Shown here: one piece after another, positions 16,083 through 23,594 of the stretch
How positions within the stretch are numbered: position 1 is the first letter of the stretch
How the letters are laid out: every line of letters starts with the position of its first letter
Assembly (NCBI GenBank): GCA_028279745.1
Contig: JANQNC010000001.1
Location: 510,001 to 542,000, forward strand
DNA: 32,000 bases
Source: Candidatus Nanoarchaeia archaeon
GTDB lineage: Archaea; Nanobdellota; Nanobdellia; Woesearchaeales; JANQNC01
Reading direction: 5' to 3'
Position numbers and translations under genes: made by a program
The notes under the pieces: generated by a model
The model's input: only the letters and a program-made list of their open reading frames with translations
Database searches by the model: none
What the model was told of the DNA's origin: nothing

Positions 16083-16723
16083 TTCTTTCTATTCCTTCGT
16101 TTTCTTTTATGTGATTTTTTCTTTTTCTTCTTTTTCTCAGGCGCAGGTTTATTCCTAACCATGTGAACAATCAAACCACCTTTTTCTGATATAAGATAGT
16201 TTACAGAATCAACGTACTGATGCATGAAAGATGTTCCAGTACCTTGGTTTTTGTCTGGCTTTTCTTTACCTGAAAATTCGTAAAAATTCAAGAACTTTTC
16301 TTTGTATACTCCTTCCCTATGTCTCAAAACAAAAGGAACGAAGTTTGAATCTACAACACCACCTTCATCTTCAACCATCAGGTCAAGATGTTCAAGTGAA
16401 TGTTTGTAAGCCAGCGTAATCTTTTTTGATGTGTCTTTTTTGTTTCCGTGCTGGTATGCATTAAGAACCGCTTCATAAACTGCTGTGAATAAGTTAGCAC
16501 CATAACCTTCTTTTTCAAATTCTGTGCAGATAGGTTGGATCTTATCTCTAAGTTCAGAAAATACTTCTTCAGATTCTAGTTTAAGTTCTATTCTTTCATA
16601 ATCGTTAGGGATTGCACTGTAGTTGTTTGTTAAATCCTTTAATTTAACCTCTTTATTAGTGCCGAATTTATTTCTAACTACAGATTCAAGATTATCCAGG
16701 TTAAATATGTCTGACCGGTCCAT
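16079..16723 (-). CDS. RsbW/SpoIIAB-like HATPase_c-domain protein (putative Ser/Thr kinase) with poly-Lys/Arg tail
   Basis: N-box-like YEAVLNAYQHGN, G1-like MVEDEGGV, G2-like QGTGTSFM. No HisKA or sensor domain. C-terminus PEKKKKKKKSHKRKRRNRKN. Confidence 0.6.
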   Translation of the reverse strand: MDRSDIFNLDNLESVVRNKFGTNKEVKLKDLTNNYSAIPNDYERIELKLESEEVFSELRDKIQPICTEFEKEGYGANLFTAVYEAVLNAYQHGNKKDTSKKITLAYKHSLEHLDLMVEDEGGVVDSNFVPFVLRHREGVYKEKFLNFYEFSGKEKPDKNQGTGTSFMHQYVDSVNYLISEKGGLIVHMVRNKPAPEKKKKKKKSHKRKRRNRKN

Positions 16724-16743
16724 ATTGCATTAGGAGGTCGGTT

Positions 16744-16761
16744 GAGTATATAAATGTTTCG
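16744..16761 (-). promoter_or_regulatory. BRE/TATA promoter CGAAACATTTATATACTC for the HATPase gene
   Basis: TATA is centred about 27 nt upstream of ATG 16723. The 18-mer is identical to 29548-29565. Confidence 0.5.
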
Positions 16762-16786
16762 TTTTTTTAACCACTTTACAGTGATG

Positions 16787-17254
16787 TCAATCTTCGCTTT
16801 TAATGCGTCTGATATAGGGTATAAAATTGAATATTTTACCCTCTCTTACCCTGCCGCAACCTAAGAAATCGTTGTTTAGTCTTATTAGAACTATTCCTTC
16901 ACATGTTGTTTCTAACTCTAAATCAAATCCTCTTAACCAAAGTCTTGATAACCCTTTTGAGATATCTAGAATGTTTTTGGTTGCGTTTTTTCCTATCATT
17001 TGAGATCCTTCAATTGACAATTTTAGTTCGTCTTTTCTCCAATCCCCGAAGTAAATACCCATAGTTGCTATGTTTAGTTTGTCAAAATTTAGATTAAAAA
17101 CTTCTCTGTTAATGATGTAAAGTTTTGTTTCATCGACTAATTTGAAAGCGTAGTTGTCTAGGAAGTCTAGATTGTTTATTCCCCATTGCTCTTTGATGAA
17201 TCTGAAAATAGGTTTAAGATCTCTTCTGCTGAATATCTTGAGGTGTCTGTCCAT
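16787..17254 (-). CDS. Nip7-like (UPF0113) pre-PUA + PUA RNA-binding protein
   Basis: About 155 aa with a two-domain layout. The C-terminal ..RLWLRGFDLELE..GIVLIRLNNDFLGCGRVREGKI.NFIP resembles the Nip7 PUA domain. Confidence 0.45.
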   Translation of the reverse strand: MDRHLKIFSRRDLKPIFRFIKEQWGINNLDFLDNYAFKLVDETKLYIINREVFNLNFDKLNIATMGIYFGDWRKDELKLSIEGSQMIGKNATKNILDISKGLSRLWLRGFDLELETTCEGIVLIRLNNDFLGCGRVREGKIFNFIPYIRRIKSED

Positions 17255-17290
17255 ACTTGTAAGAAATCATAGGTTGTTAAAAAAAGTTTC

Positions 17291-18184
17291 CTAATTCAAT
17301 AAAGAACACTTCTTAACAAATGCTTTGAACAACTCTTTGTCCTGAGTTGAGAACTTCTTATGCTTAGAATTAACTAGACCCACAATTGTCTTTACCTTGC
17401 TGTCCTTCTTAACAGGAATACAAACTATCGACTTAACGTCCGCAGGCTGGTTAAGGTGGTTGACCATCTTAGCTGTTTTAGCTGATTCTGAAGCAACACT
17501 CTCAATTGAGGTTGATACATCTTTAACAAGCTTCTGTGTTGATGTTGAAATTTTTGCTTTGCTAGCTTTAACATCTGCAACAAAACCTAGTTCTGATTCG
17601 AATAGGTCTGCCATCTTTTTTAGTAGCGTCTTTTTTACTTTAGCTTTTGATATCTTTTCAAACTCTAATGTCTTTGCTGACTTGTCAAGTGAGTTAACGA
17701 GATCAAGCTTCTTAGAAACAAAATATATCTGTCTAGCGATTGTGGATGTTAGTTTCATATCATATCTGTTGAATGATCTTGAAAATTTCTTATTAAGTAG
17801 TATGAATGCACCCACAGGTTCGTTATCAAATACTAACGGGATGGATAGTATAGAAGAAATATTTGCTCTAAGAAGCTCCTCGTTTAAGATTCTGTTGAAT
17901 ATAGTTGGCTGGTTGTTCTTAATAGCATCTTTTGTTAGTTTTCCAAGGACTTTCTTGTCCATTTCACCTTCTTTTGCTTTAATTTCGATACTTTTACCTT
18001 TATTTAATATAATAAAACCTAATTCTGACTCTATTGTGTTAACACTCTTTTTAAGTAACTCAGAATATAAATCGGATGGGTCTCTGGCGTTATCTCTAAT
18101 CTTATTTATAAAGTGAAGCATAGCTATCTCTTTGTCCTTTTCTGCCAATTCTAGCATTAAGTCGTTTGTTTCGCCTATAAACAT
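17291..18184 (-). CDS. Tandem GAF-domain protein without output domain
   Basis: Two GAF-like units: ..LYSELLKKSVNTIESELGFIIL..SILSIPLVFDNEPVGAFILLNK.. and ..FESELGFVADV..SIVCIPVKKDSKVKTIVGLVNSK.. Confidence 0.6.
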   Translation of the reverse strand: MFIGETNDLMLELAEKDKEIAMLHFINKIRDNARDPSDLYSELLKKSVNTIESELGFIILNKGKSIEIKAKEGEMDKKVLGKLTKDAIKNNQPTIFNRILNEELLRANISSILSIPLVFDNEPVGAFILLNKKFSRSFNRYDMKLTSTIARQIYFVSKKLDLVNSLDKSAKTLEFEKISKAKVKKTLLKKMADLFESELGFVADVKASKAKISTSTQKLVKDVSTSIESVASESAKTAKMVNHLNQPADVKSIVCIPVKKDSKVKTIVGLVNSKHKKFSTQDKELFKAFVKKCSLLN

Positions 18185-18418
18185 TTTACCATCCCTGAGT
18201 AATAACAGAAATGAGAAATCATATATAAATGTTGTGGTTTTTAGATGGAGAAAGGAAAAGATCTGGAAACATTTACCACATATACAAAAAAATTAAATAT
18301 CAGTTTTACCATAGTAATAACCAAGGTGATTGTGCTTTGACAACTAGTTCTGACGTTACCACCAACGAGTTAAGTAATCGCAAGTTTTATATAAATCACC
18401 TCACCCATGCATCATAAG

Positions 18419-18976
18419 ATGGTCAATAAAAAAGAGAAAGATAAGGACCTAGAAGAGTATAGAGAACTTGTAGGCTCTGCCGCAAAAAACAAGTCTAACA
18501 TACCCATACCCAATTCTACTGAGGCTCATGCAAAAATTCTTTATGAGACTATGATTCCTCAAGCTAAAAACTTTATCAACATACTTACAGGAGAATTTAG
18601 GGAAACATTCTACAAAGAAGAAAGCATAAAAAAACGATTCCAAAAAGCGATATGTAAAGGTGTTGAGATTAACATCCTAACAAAAAACAGAAATAAAAGA
18701 TTAATAGGTGAAATGAAAAGACTATATCCAAAAATGAAAATATCTTTTGTCAATACAGACTTTGAGAACCATTTTATGGTAATAGATGATAAAATTTACA
18801 GATTCGAAGATGTTCACAAAGAAAAAGAACACAATGTAGAAGCAATAGCTAATTTCAACGATCCCGCAAGAGCAAAAATGTTGAGACAGCTTTTTAAGGA
18901 AATTTCTAAAAAAACCGAGGTGCAGTTAGAAAACGGAGACAAGAATGATGGACGCACCTCTAGAGATAATAAATAG
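18419..18976 (+). CDS. Hypothetical protein with weak, degenerate PLD (HKD)-like resemblance
   Basis: ..AKNFINILTGEF..KGVEINILTKNRN..NHFMVIDDKIYRFED.. resembles PLD-family layout, but the HxK lysine is absent. Start set to ATG 18419, about 26 nt after the TATA TTTTATATAAAT (18384-18395). Confidence 0.45.
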   Translation: MVNKKEKDKDLEEYRELVGSAAKNKSNIPIPNSTEAHAKILYETMIPQAKNFINILTGEFRETFYKEESIKKRFQKAICKGVEINILTKNRNKRLIGEMKRLYPKMKISFVNTDFENHFMVIDDKIYRFEDVHKEKEHNVEAIANFNDPARAKMLRQLFKEISKKTEVQLENGDKNDGRTSRDNK

Positions 18977-19559
18977 TTTTGAACACATAATTAAAGAATT
19001 CATAGTTCCACTAGATGTGGGATTTTTTATCTTTTTCTCTTTGTCGTTTTTATTGCTTCAGCTAATAATACCTGTTGGAATCACTTCAATAGGGATAAAG
19101 CGTAGAGATAAAGACACCCGAGACATATTTGGGTTTATATTTAGAATAATAAAATACAATTGTAATGCACTACTAAAGAAAATAATGAATATCTGGCAAA
19201 CTTCAATTTTTTCATTATCATTCATCTTCATATTTTATGTGTTATTTGTAACTCGTAAGTTGATTATTGATGAAGTCCTGACTCTTGTTTTTGATATATT
19301 CATACTAATATTCATCACAACCATACTTGTGTTAAATGCAAAGATGCTCTGGCTTACAAAAAACATAAAGTTCCAAGAACATTTTTCAAACATAGTTAAA
19401 ACTCTTGGGGACTCAATATGGTCTAGACAACTAACATACCATAAGGGTAAGCTCCCAAAGCTACCATTAGAAATAAAACTAATGGAAGAGATGAACAAGG
19501 TGCTAAAAATAAACAGTTTGAAAAGGAAAAGAAACGTTTTAACTCACTTCTTCAAATAA
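18945..19559 (+). CDS. Hypothetical multi-pass membrane protein
   Basis: Three to four hydrophobic helices. Overlaps the upstream ORF by 32 nt, suggesting coupling. No family recognised. Confidence 0.5.
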   Translation: MMDAPLEIINSFEHIIKEFIVPLDVGFFIFFSLSFLLLQLIIPVGITSIGIKRRDKDTRDIFGFIFRIIKYNCNALLKKIMNIWQTSIFSLSFIFIFYVLFVTRKLIIDEVLTLVFDIFILIFITTILVLNAKMLWLTKNIKFQEHFSNIVKTLGDSIWSRQLTYHKGKLPKLPLEIKLMEEMNKVLKINSLKRKRNVLTHFFK

Positions 19560-19939
19560 CGATAATGCTTGGGTTTTTTGCTCTTGAGAACAACCCATTT
19601 ATCAGGTAATTTTTCTTTCTTAAGAGAATCCTTCATAGCAGAAAAACGCTTATACAAGGCTTTCTTGTTTCTCTCAAAATAGTAAGCGTTAATGTTAGAT
19701 AAAGCATACAAAGCCAAAGAGACACCAGAAAGAACATAAAATACTGTAAACAACTTAGTTACATTCTTTGTAGGATGCAAATCACCATAACCAATAGTAG
19801 TTAATGTTGTTGTAGAAAAATATAATGAATCGATAAAAGGCCAACCTTCCAACAAAGAATAAACAACTGTGCCAACAAGAAGCATACCTATAATAAAAAT
19901 AATGTAAGTTCCGACTTTGTTTCTTCTATCTACCTTCAT
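19544..19939 (-). CDS. Minimal two-TM potassium channel
   Basis: Selectivity filter TTLTTIGYGD between two TM helices, plus a short basic C-terminal tail. Confidence 0.8.
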   Translation of the reverse strand: MKVDRRNKVGTYIIFIIGMLLVGTVVYSLLEGWPFIDSLYFSTTTLTTIGYGDLHPTKNVTKLFTVFYVLSGVSLALYALSNINAYYFERNKKALYKRFSAMKDSLKKEKLPDKWVVLKSKKPKHYRYLKK

Positions 19940-19979
19940 AAATTAATAATAGATTTTAGAATTTAAAAATTTATTGGGA

Positions 19980-21740
19980 TCAAACGCCCCAGACAACATT
20001 CTTTTTACGCATGATCTCTGCAATCTCTTTTAAGATATCTTTCTCTTCGGGCGTTAATAATCTTTTAAGTTCCTTAAACTTTCTAAAATCCGCCTCAGGA
20101 ACAGCACTTAGCAAAATATCACCTTCATTAAACTGTCTGCCCACAGTAATTCCAGGATAAGATACTGCGACTTGCATACCTTTTTCAGCCTTTTCAACAT
20201 TCTTATTTTTGTCCTGCATACCTTTAACAGATGTAAGTAAATCACCATTAAGATTCATAATAGGTGTGTCAGGCTTTAAAGTTCCAGCCAAAATCTCAGT
20301 ACCGCAAATAGCAGGACCTGATTGTCTAAAAACATAGTTAGGCATAATCTGGATTTTACAAGGCTTAACTAAGTTATCCAACTCTTTCTCTTCCTCTTTT
20401 TTCATCATCTCTGCATGCCACTCTTTGTAGTCATCTAAAATCTTGTAAATAATATCTGCAGTGATAACATGAACATTTTCAGGAATGTCATCAATGACTT
20501 TAACATTAAAACCGAGAACAATTGCAGTGAAAGGATCCTTCTCAAAATTGGATTGGGCTTCCGACAGATCTTTTTTACTAATATCTCCAATTGATGCAGA
20601 TCTAATCGGGATTTCAGCTTCTTTCAATAGTTTAACTAACGCTTCAACACTTCCAAGAGTGTCTGCTTTAACTATGACTCCACTTTCATCAGTCTCTATC
20701 AAAACATCTTCAACTTCTTCTTGAACCTGAGACTTAGCTTCTTCTAAAGTTTCTTCAGTTGCAGATCTTATTGGCATTCCTGCAAGAGCGTTATCAAGAT
20801 CGGGTGCTGATATTTTAACTCCTGTTGCAGCCACTACCTCTTCCACTTGATTATATTTAACTCTTTTATCCATAGTGTCAGCCAAAGGTTTTGGCTCTAG
20901 CAACGATCTAATCTTTGTAACAATAGGTTCGTTTAAGTCACCAATTACAATAGTATCATTTTTCTTCAAGTGCCCATCATAGATAATAACGTCAACAGTC
21001 ATACCCAAACCTTTCTCTTCTTTAACCTCAAGTACAGTACCTTTAGCAGGACCTTCAGCACTTGTCTTAAGTCCTTGTTCTAGGAATTTTTGTGTTAATC
21101 CCGTAAGAACCATCAAAGCTTCAGGAACTCCAATCCCAAACTTAGCAGACATGGGAACTAAAGCAACTTGTTTAGTGTAATCTTCAACTCTGTCAAACCT
21201 ATCTGAGTTAATCCCTCTTTCATTTAGTGCTCCAACTAACTCATAAAACTTAGTCTCAAATAACTGCATAAACTTTTGGGACTGATTATTTAATTTTGTG
21301 ATCAAAGGACCGTCAACATCAACCCAATCTTGGATCAGATCGATCTTATTAACAGCAATTATGAAAGGAGTCTTGTACTGTTTTAGGATTTCTAATGCTT
21401 CAATTGTCTGAGGCATCAAACCTTCATTTAAGTCTACGATCACTATAGCTATATCCGCTAAGTTCCCACCCCTCTTTCTCAAGTTAGTGAAAGCCGCGTG
21501 ACCCGGAGTGTCAATAAATAATAATCCAGGAATTGTTACATTGATCTTAAGCGCGTCTAGTAATGCTCCGCAAGTCTTTCTAAGAATGTCAAGAGGAACT
21601 ATTGATGCCCCTATCGCTTGAGTTATTGCTCCAGCTTCTCTTGAGGCAACAGAGCTTTTTCTGATGTTATCTAGCAAGGATGTCTTACCATGGTCTACAT
21701 GACCCATAATGCTTATGATCGGTTGCCTTATTTTTTCCAT
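19980..21740 (-). CDS. infB: Translation initiation factor aIF5B (IF-2 homologue)
   Basis: IISIMGHVDHGKTSLLD, DTPGH, NKID, and typical length and domain order. TATA (plus-strand TTAATAAA, 21763-21770) is centred 26 nt upstream. Confidence 0.9.
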   Translation of the reverse strand: MEKIRQPIISIMGHVDHGKTSLLDNIRKSSVASREAGAITQAIGASIVPLDILRKTCGALLDALKINVTIPGLLFIDTPGHAAFTNLRKRGGNLADIAIVIVDLNEGLMPQTIEALEILKQYKTPFIIAVNKIDLIQDWVDVDGPLITKLNNQSQKFMQLFETKFYELVGALNERGINSDRFDRVEDYTKQVALVPMSAKFGIGVPEALMVLTGLTQKFLEQGLKTSAEGPAKGTVLEVKEEKGLGMTVDVIIYDGHLKKNDTIVIGDLNEPIVTKIRSLLEPKPLADTMDKRVKYNQVEEVVAATGVKISAPDLDNALAGMPIRSATEETLEEAKSQVQEEVEDVLIETDESGVIVKADTLGSVEALVKLLKEAEIPIRSASIGDISKKDLSEAQSNFEKDPFTAIVLGFNVKVIDDIPENVHVITADIIYKILDDYKEWHAEMMKKEEEKELDNLVKPCKIQIMPNYVFRQSGPAICGTEILAGTLKPDTPIMNLNGDLLTSVKGMQDKNKNVEKAEKGMQVAVSYPGITVGRQFNEGDILLSAVPEADFRKFKELKRLLTPEEKDILKEIAEIMRKKNVVWGV

Positions 21741-21887
21741 ATACTTTCGAATTTTAGTTTGATTAATAAAGATTACTGTTAAAAAGGCACGATAAGCAGA
21801 GTGCCACTAAACAACATAAAATGGTGAAAAAAACACCAATTACTGGATAGGCAACTCGTAAACTCGTTGCTTAATAAATAGAAAAAG

Positions 21888-21896
21888 TATATATAA
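21888..21896 (+). promoter_or_regulatory. TATA box (GAAAAAGTATATATAAC context) for trm1
   Basis: Centre is about 26 nt upstream of ATG 21918. Confidence 0.45.
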
Positions 21897-21917
21897 CTCC
21901 AACAGATTCCTTTGCAT

Positions 21918-23000
21918 ATGTTCGAACAGATACAAGAAGGAAATGCAACAGTAAATGTGCCAGCTGAAAAAAAGATCTCAAAAGATCTGCCTGTATTCTA
22001 CAATCCAATAATGAAGTTGAACAGGGATGTTTCAGTTGATTTGTTAAAAACAGTTAAGAAAGATCTACAGGTTGGGTTGCCTCTGGCAGGGACAGGAGTA
22101 AGAGCTGCTAGGTTTTTAACAGAGCTGAAGAACATCAAACTAATTGCAATAAATGACTTGAGTTCAGATGCGGTTGATCTGATAAGGAAAAACTTGAACT
22201 TGAATAAAAATAAGATTAAGTGTAAAGACGTTACAATCTCTAATGAAGATGCAAACAAGTTTTTGCTTAATAGTAAAGGATTTGATTATATTGATATTGA
22301 TCCGTTTGGTTCTCCGAACAATTTTTTAGAAAATAGCATTAGACGGTTGGCGAGAGAGGGCATATTGGCTGTTACTGCAACAGATACAGGTGCGATGTCG
22401 GGAACGTTTCCAAAAGCTTGTGTAAGGAAATATTGGGCAAAACCATTACGTAATGAGTTGATGCATGAAATTGGGATACGTATTCTTATTAGAAAAGTAC
22501 AACTGATGGGTGTGCAGAATGACCGAGCTTTGATTCCCATTCTTAGTTATTCTAAGGATCACTATTTTAGAATATTCTTTAGATGTGAGAAGGGAAAAGA
22601 GAAAGCAGACAACATAATTAAACAGCATAGCTATCTGCTTTACTGTCCCAAGTGTTTGAATCGAGAATTATCTAAGTTTAATTCAGGCGAATGTTCTTGT
22701 GGAAAAGAATATGATTTTGCAGGACCTTTGTATAATGGAGATCTACAGGATAAGAAAGTTTTGAAAAAAGTAAAGAATGAATTTGTTCAGTCATTGTATA
22801 AGGAAAATGAGACGCCATTCTTTTATGACATACATGCGTTTGCTAAAAGCATGAAGTTAGCAACAGTTGGGAAGACTATTGAGATATTAGAAAAAGTCAG
22901 AAAGAAAGACAAGAAAGCCACATTGACTCATTTTAGAGAGAATTCTATAAAGACCAAACTAAGTGTTAATGAATTTAAAAAAATATTAAAAAATAAATGA
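21918..23000 (+). CDS. trm1: tRNA (guanine(26)-N2)-dimethyltransferase Trm1
   Basis: ..EGNATVNVP..VFYNPIMKLNRDVSV.., ..IDIDPFGSP.., and a Cys cluster CPKC..CSCG. ATG at 21918; the track start is TTG. Confidence 0.85.
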   Translation: MFEQIQEGNATVNVPAEKKISKDLPVFYNPIMKLNRDVSVDLLKTVKKDLQVGLPLAGTGVRAARFLTELKNIKLIAINDLSSDAVDLIRKNLNLNKNKIKCKDVTISNEDANKFLLNSKGFDYIDIDPFGSPNNFLENSIRRLAREGILAVTATDTGAMSGTFPKACVRKYWAKPLRNELMHEIGIRILIRKVQLMGVQNDRALIPILSYSKDHYFRIFFRCEKGKEKADNIIKQHSYLLYCPKCLNRELSKFNSGECSCGKEYDFAGPLYNGDLQDKKVLKKVKNEFVQSLYKENETPFFYDIHAFAKSMKLATVGKTIEILEKVRKKDKKATLTHFRENSIKTKLSVNEFKKILKNK

Positions 23001-23008
23001 TTAAGAAT

Positions 23009-23284
23009 TTAACCAACTGCTCTTCTTACGTCAGTCACTTCTGCTGAAGCAACACCTTCAAGCTCTGCAATCTTATTCTCAACTTCTTCAGTTGAACCCT
23101 TAGCTTCATCCAGAACAAAAACCAGACCAACTGACTTAAGCCCAAAAGCCACTGGTTGTACGTCAACTTTACCAACTTCACCACCAAACTCAGTGATAAG
23201 CTTAGTTGCATTTTCTTCAATACCTTTCAAATCCACTTCAGGAGAATCAGGCATAATAGTCAAAGTTATGATAACATTTGCCAT
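23009..23284 (-). CDS. ef1b: Elongation factor 1-beta (aEF-1beta)
   Basis: MANVIITLTIMPDSPEVDL..VQPVAFGLKSV.. and about 90 aa are typical of aEF-1beta. ATG at 23284; the track start is TTG. Confidence 0.85.
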   Translation of the reverse strand: MANVIITLTIMPDSPEVDLKGIEENATKLITEFGGEVGKVDVQPVAFGLKSVGLVFVLDEAKGSTEEVENKIAELEGVASAEVTDVRRAVG

Positions 23285-23299
23285 AATCAAACACCTCTC

Positions 23300-23476
23300 T
23301 TAGTTAGGACCCTCAAAACCACATTCAGAACATTTGTACTTAGCTGCTAACTTTCTGCAATCAGAACATCTTACTAATTCGGATTTGCCACAGTTAGGAC
23401 AGTTAAAAACAACTGAACCAGGGTCATTGGTTATCCTTTTTTTGCATGAACTGCATATTAATTGTTTTTCTACCAT
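23300..23476 (-). CDS. Zn-ribbon protein (COG2888-type, usual aEF-1beta neighbour)
   Basis: Four CxxC pairs: CSSC..CPNC..CSDC..CSECGFEGP. ATG 23476 lies exactly 26 nt from the TATA at 23499-23506. Confidence 0.7.
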   Translation of the reverse strand: MVEKQLICSSCKKRITNDPGSVVFNCPNCGKSELVRCSDCRKLAAKYKCSECGFEGPN

Positions 23477-23498
23477 AGACTGGCGGAAACGCAGGTAA

Positions 23499-23506
23499 TT
23501 TATAAA
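23499..23506 (-). promoter_or_regulatory. TATA box (TTTATAAA) for the Zn-ribbon/aEF-1beta operon
   Basis: Centre is 26.5 nt upstream of ATG 23476, implying a leaderless transcript. Confidence 0.5.
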
Positions 23507-23543
23507 GCTTACCATACAAAGCTAACTATTTAGCAGTAAACAT

Positions 23544-23557
23544 AAACATTTATAAAT
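23544..23557 (+). promoter_or_regulatory. BRE/TATA promoter (AAACATTTATAAAT) for the giant coiled-coil gene
   Basis: Predicted TSS is about 23579. The short leader carries the SD-like GAGGGGTGA before ATG 23595. Confidence 0.5.
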
Positions 23558-23594
23558 GCATTTACATAAAATAAAGAAAAAGAGGGGTGATTGA

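Noticed and set aside
17397-18116. 239-aa plus-strand ORF opposite the GAF gene
   Set aside because: It is S/L-rich antisense sequence of a K/E-rich gene. The minus-strand product has recognisable GAF motifs and a promoter at the right distance.
18321-18360. Possible C/D-box sRNA (GTGATTG ... CTGA) in the 18185-18406 spacer
   Set aside because: The C box deviates from RUGAUGA at two positions. There is no C'/D' pair, no terminal stem, and the spacing is wrong.
21786-21812. GGCAC-N10-GTGCC inverted repeat in the aIF5B/trm1 spacer
   Set aside because: It is only 5 bp with a long loop and has no supporting context.
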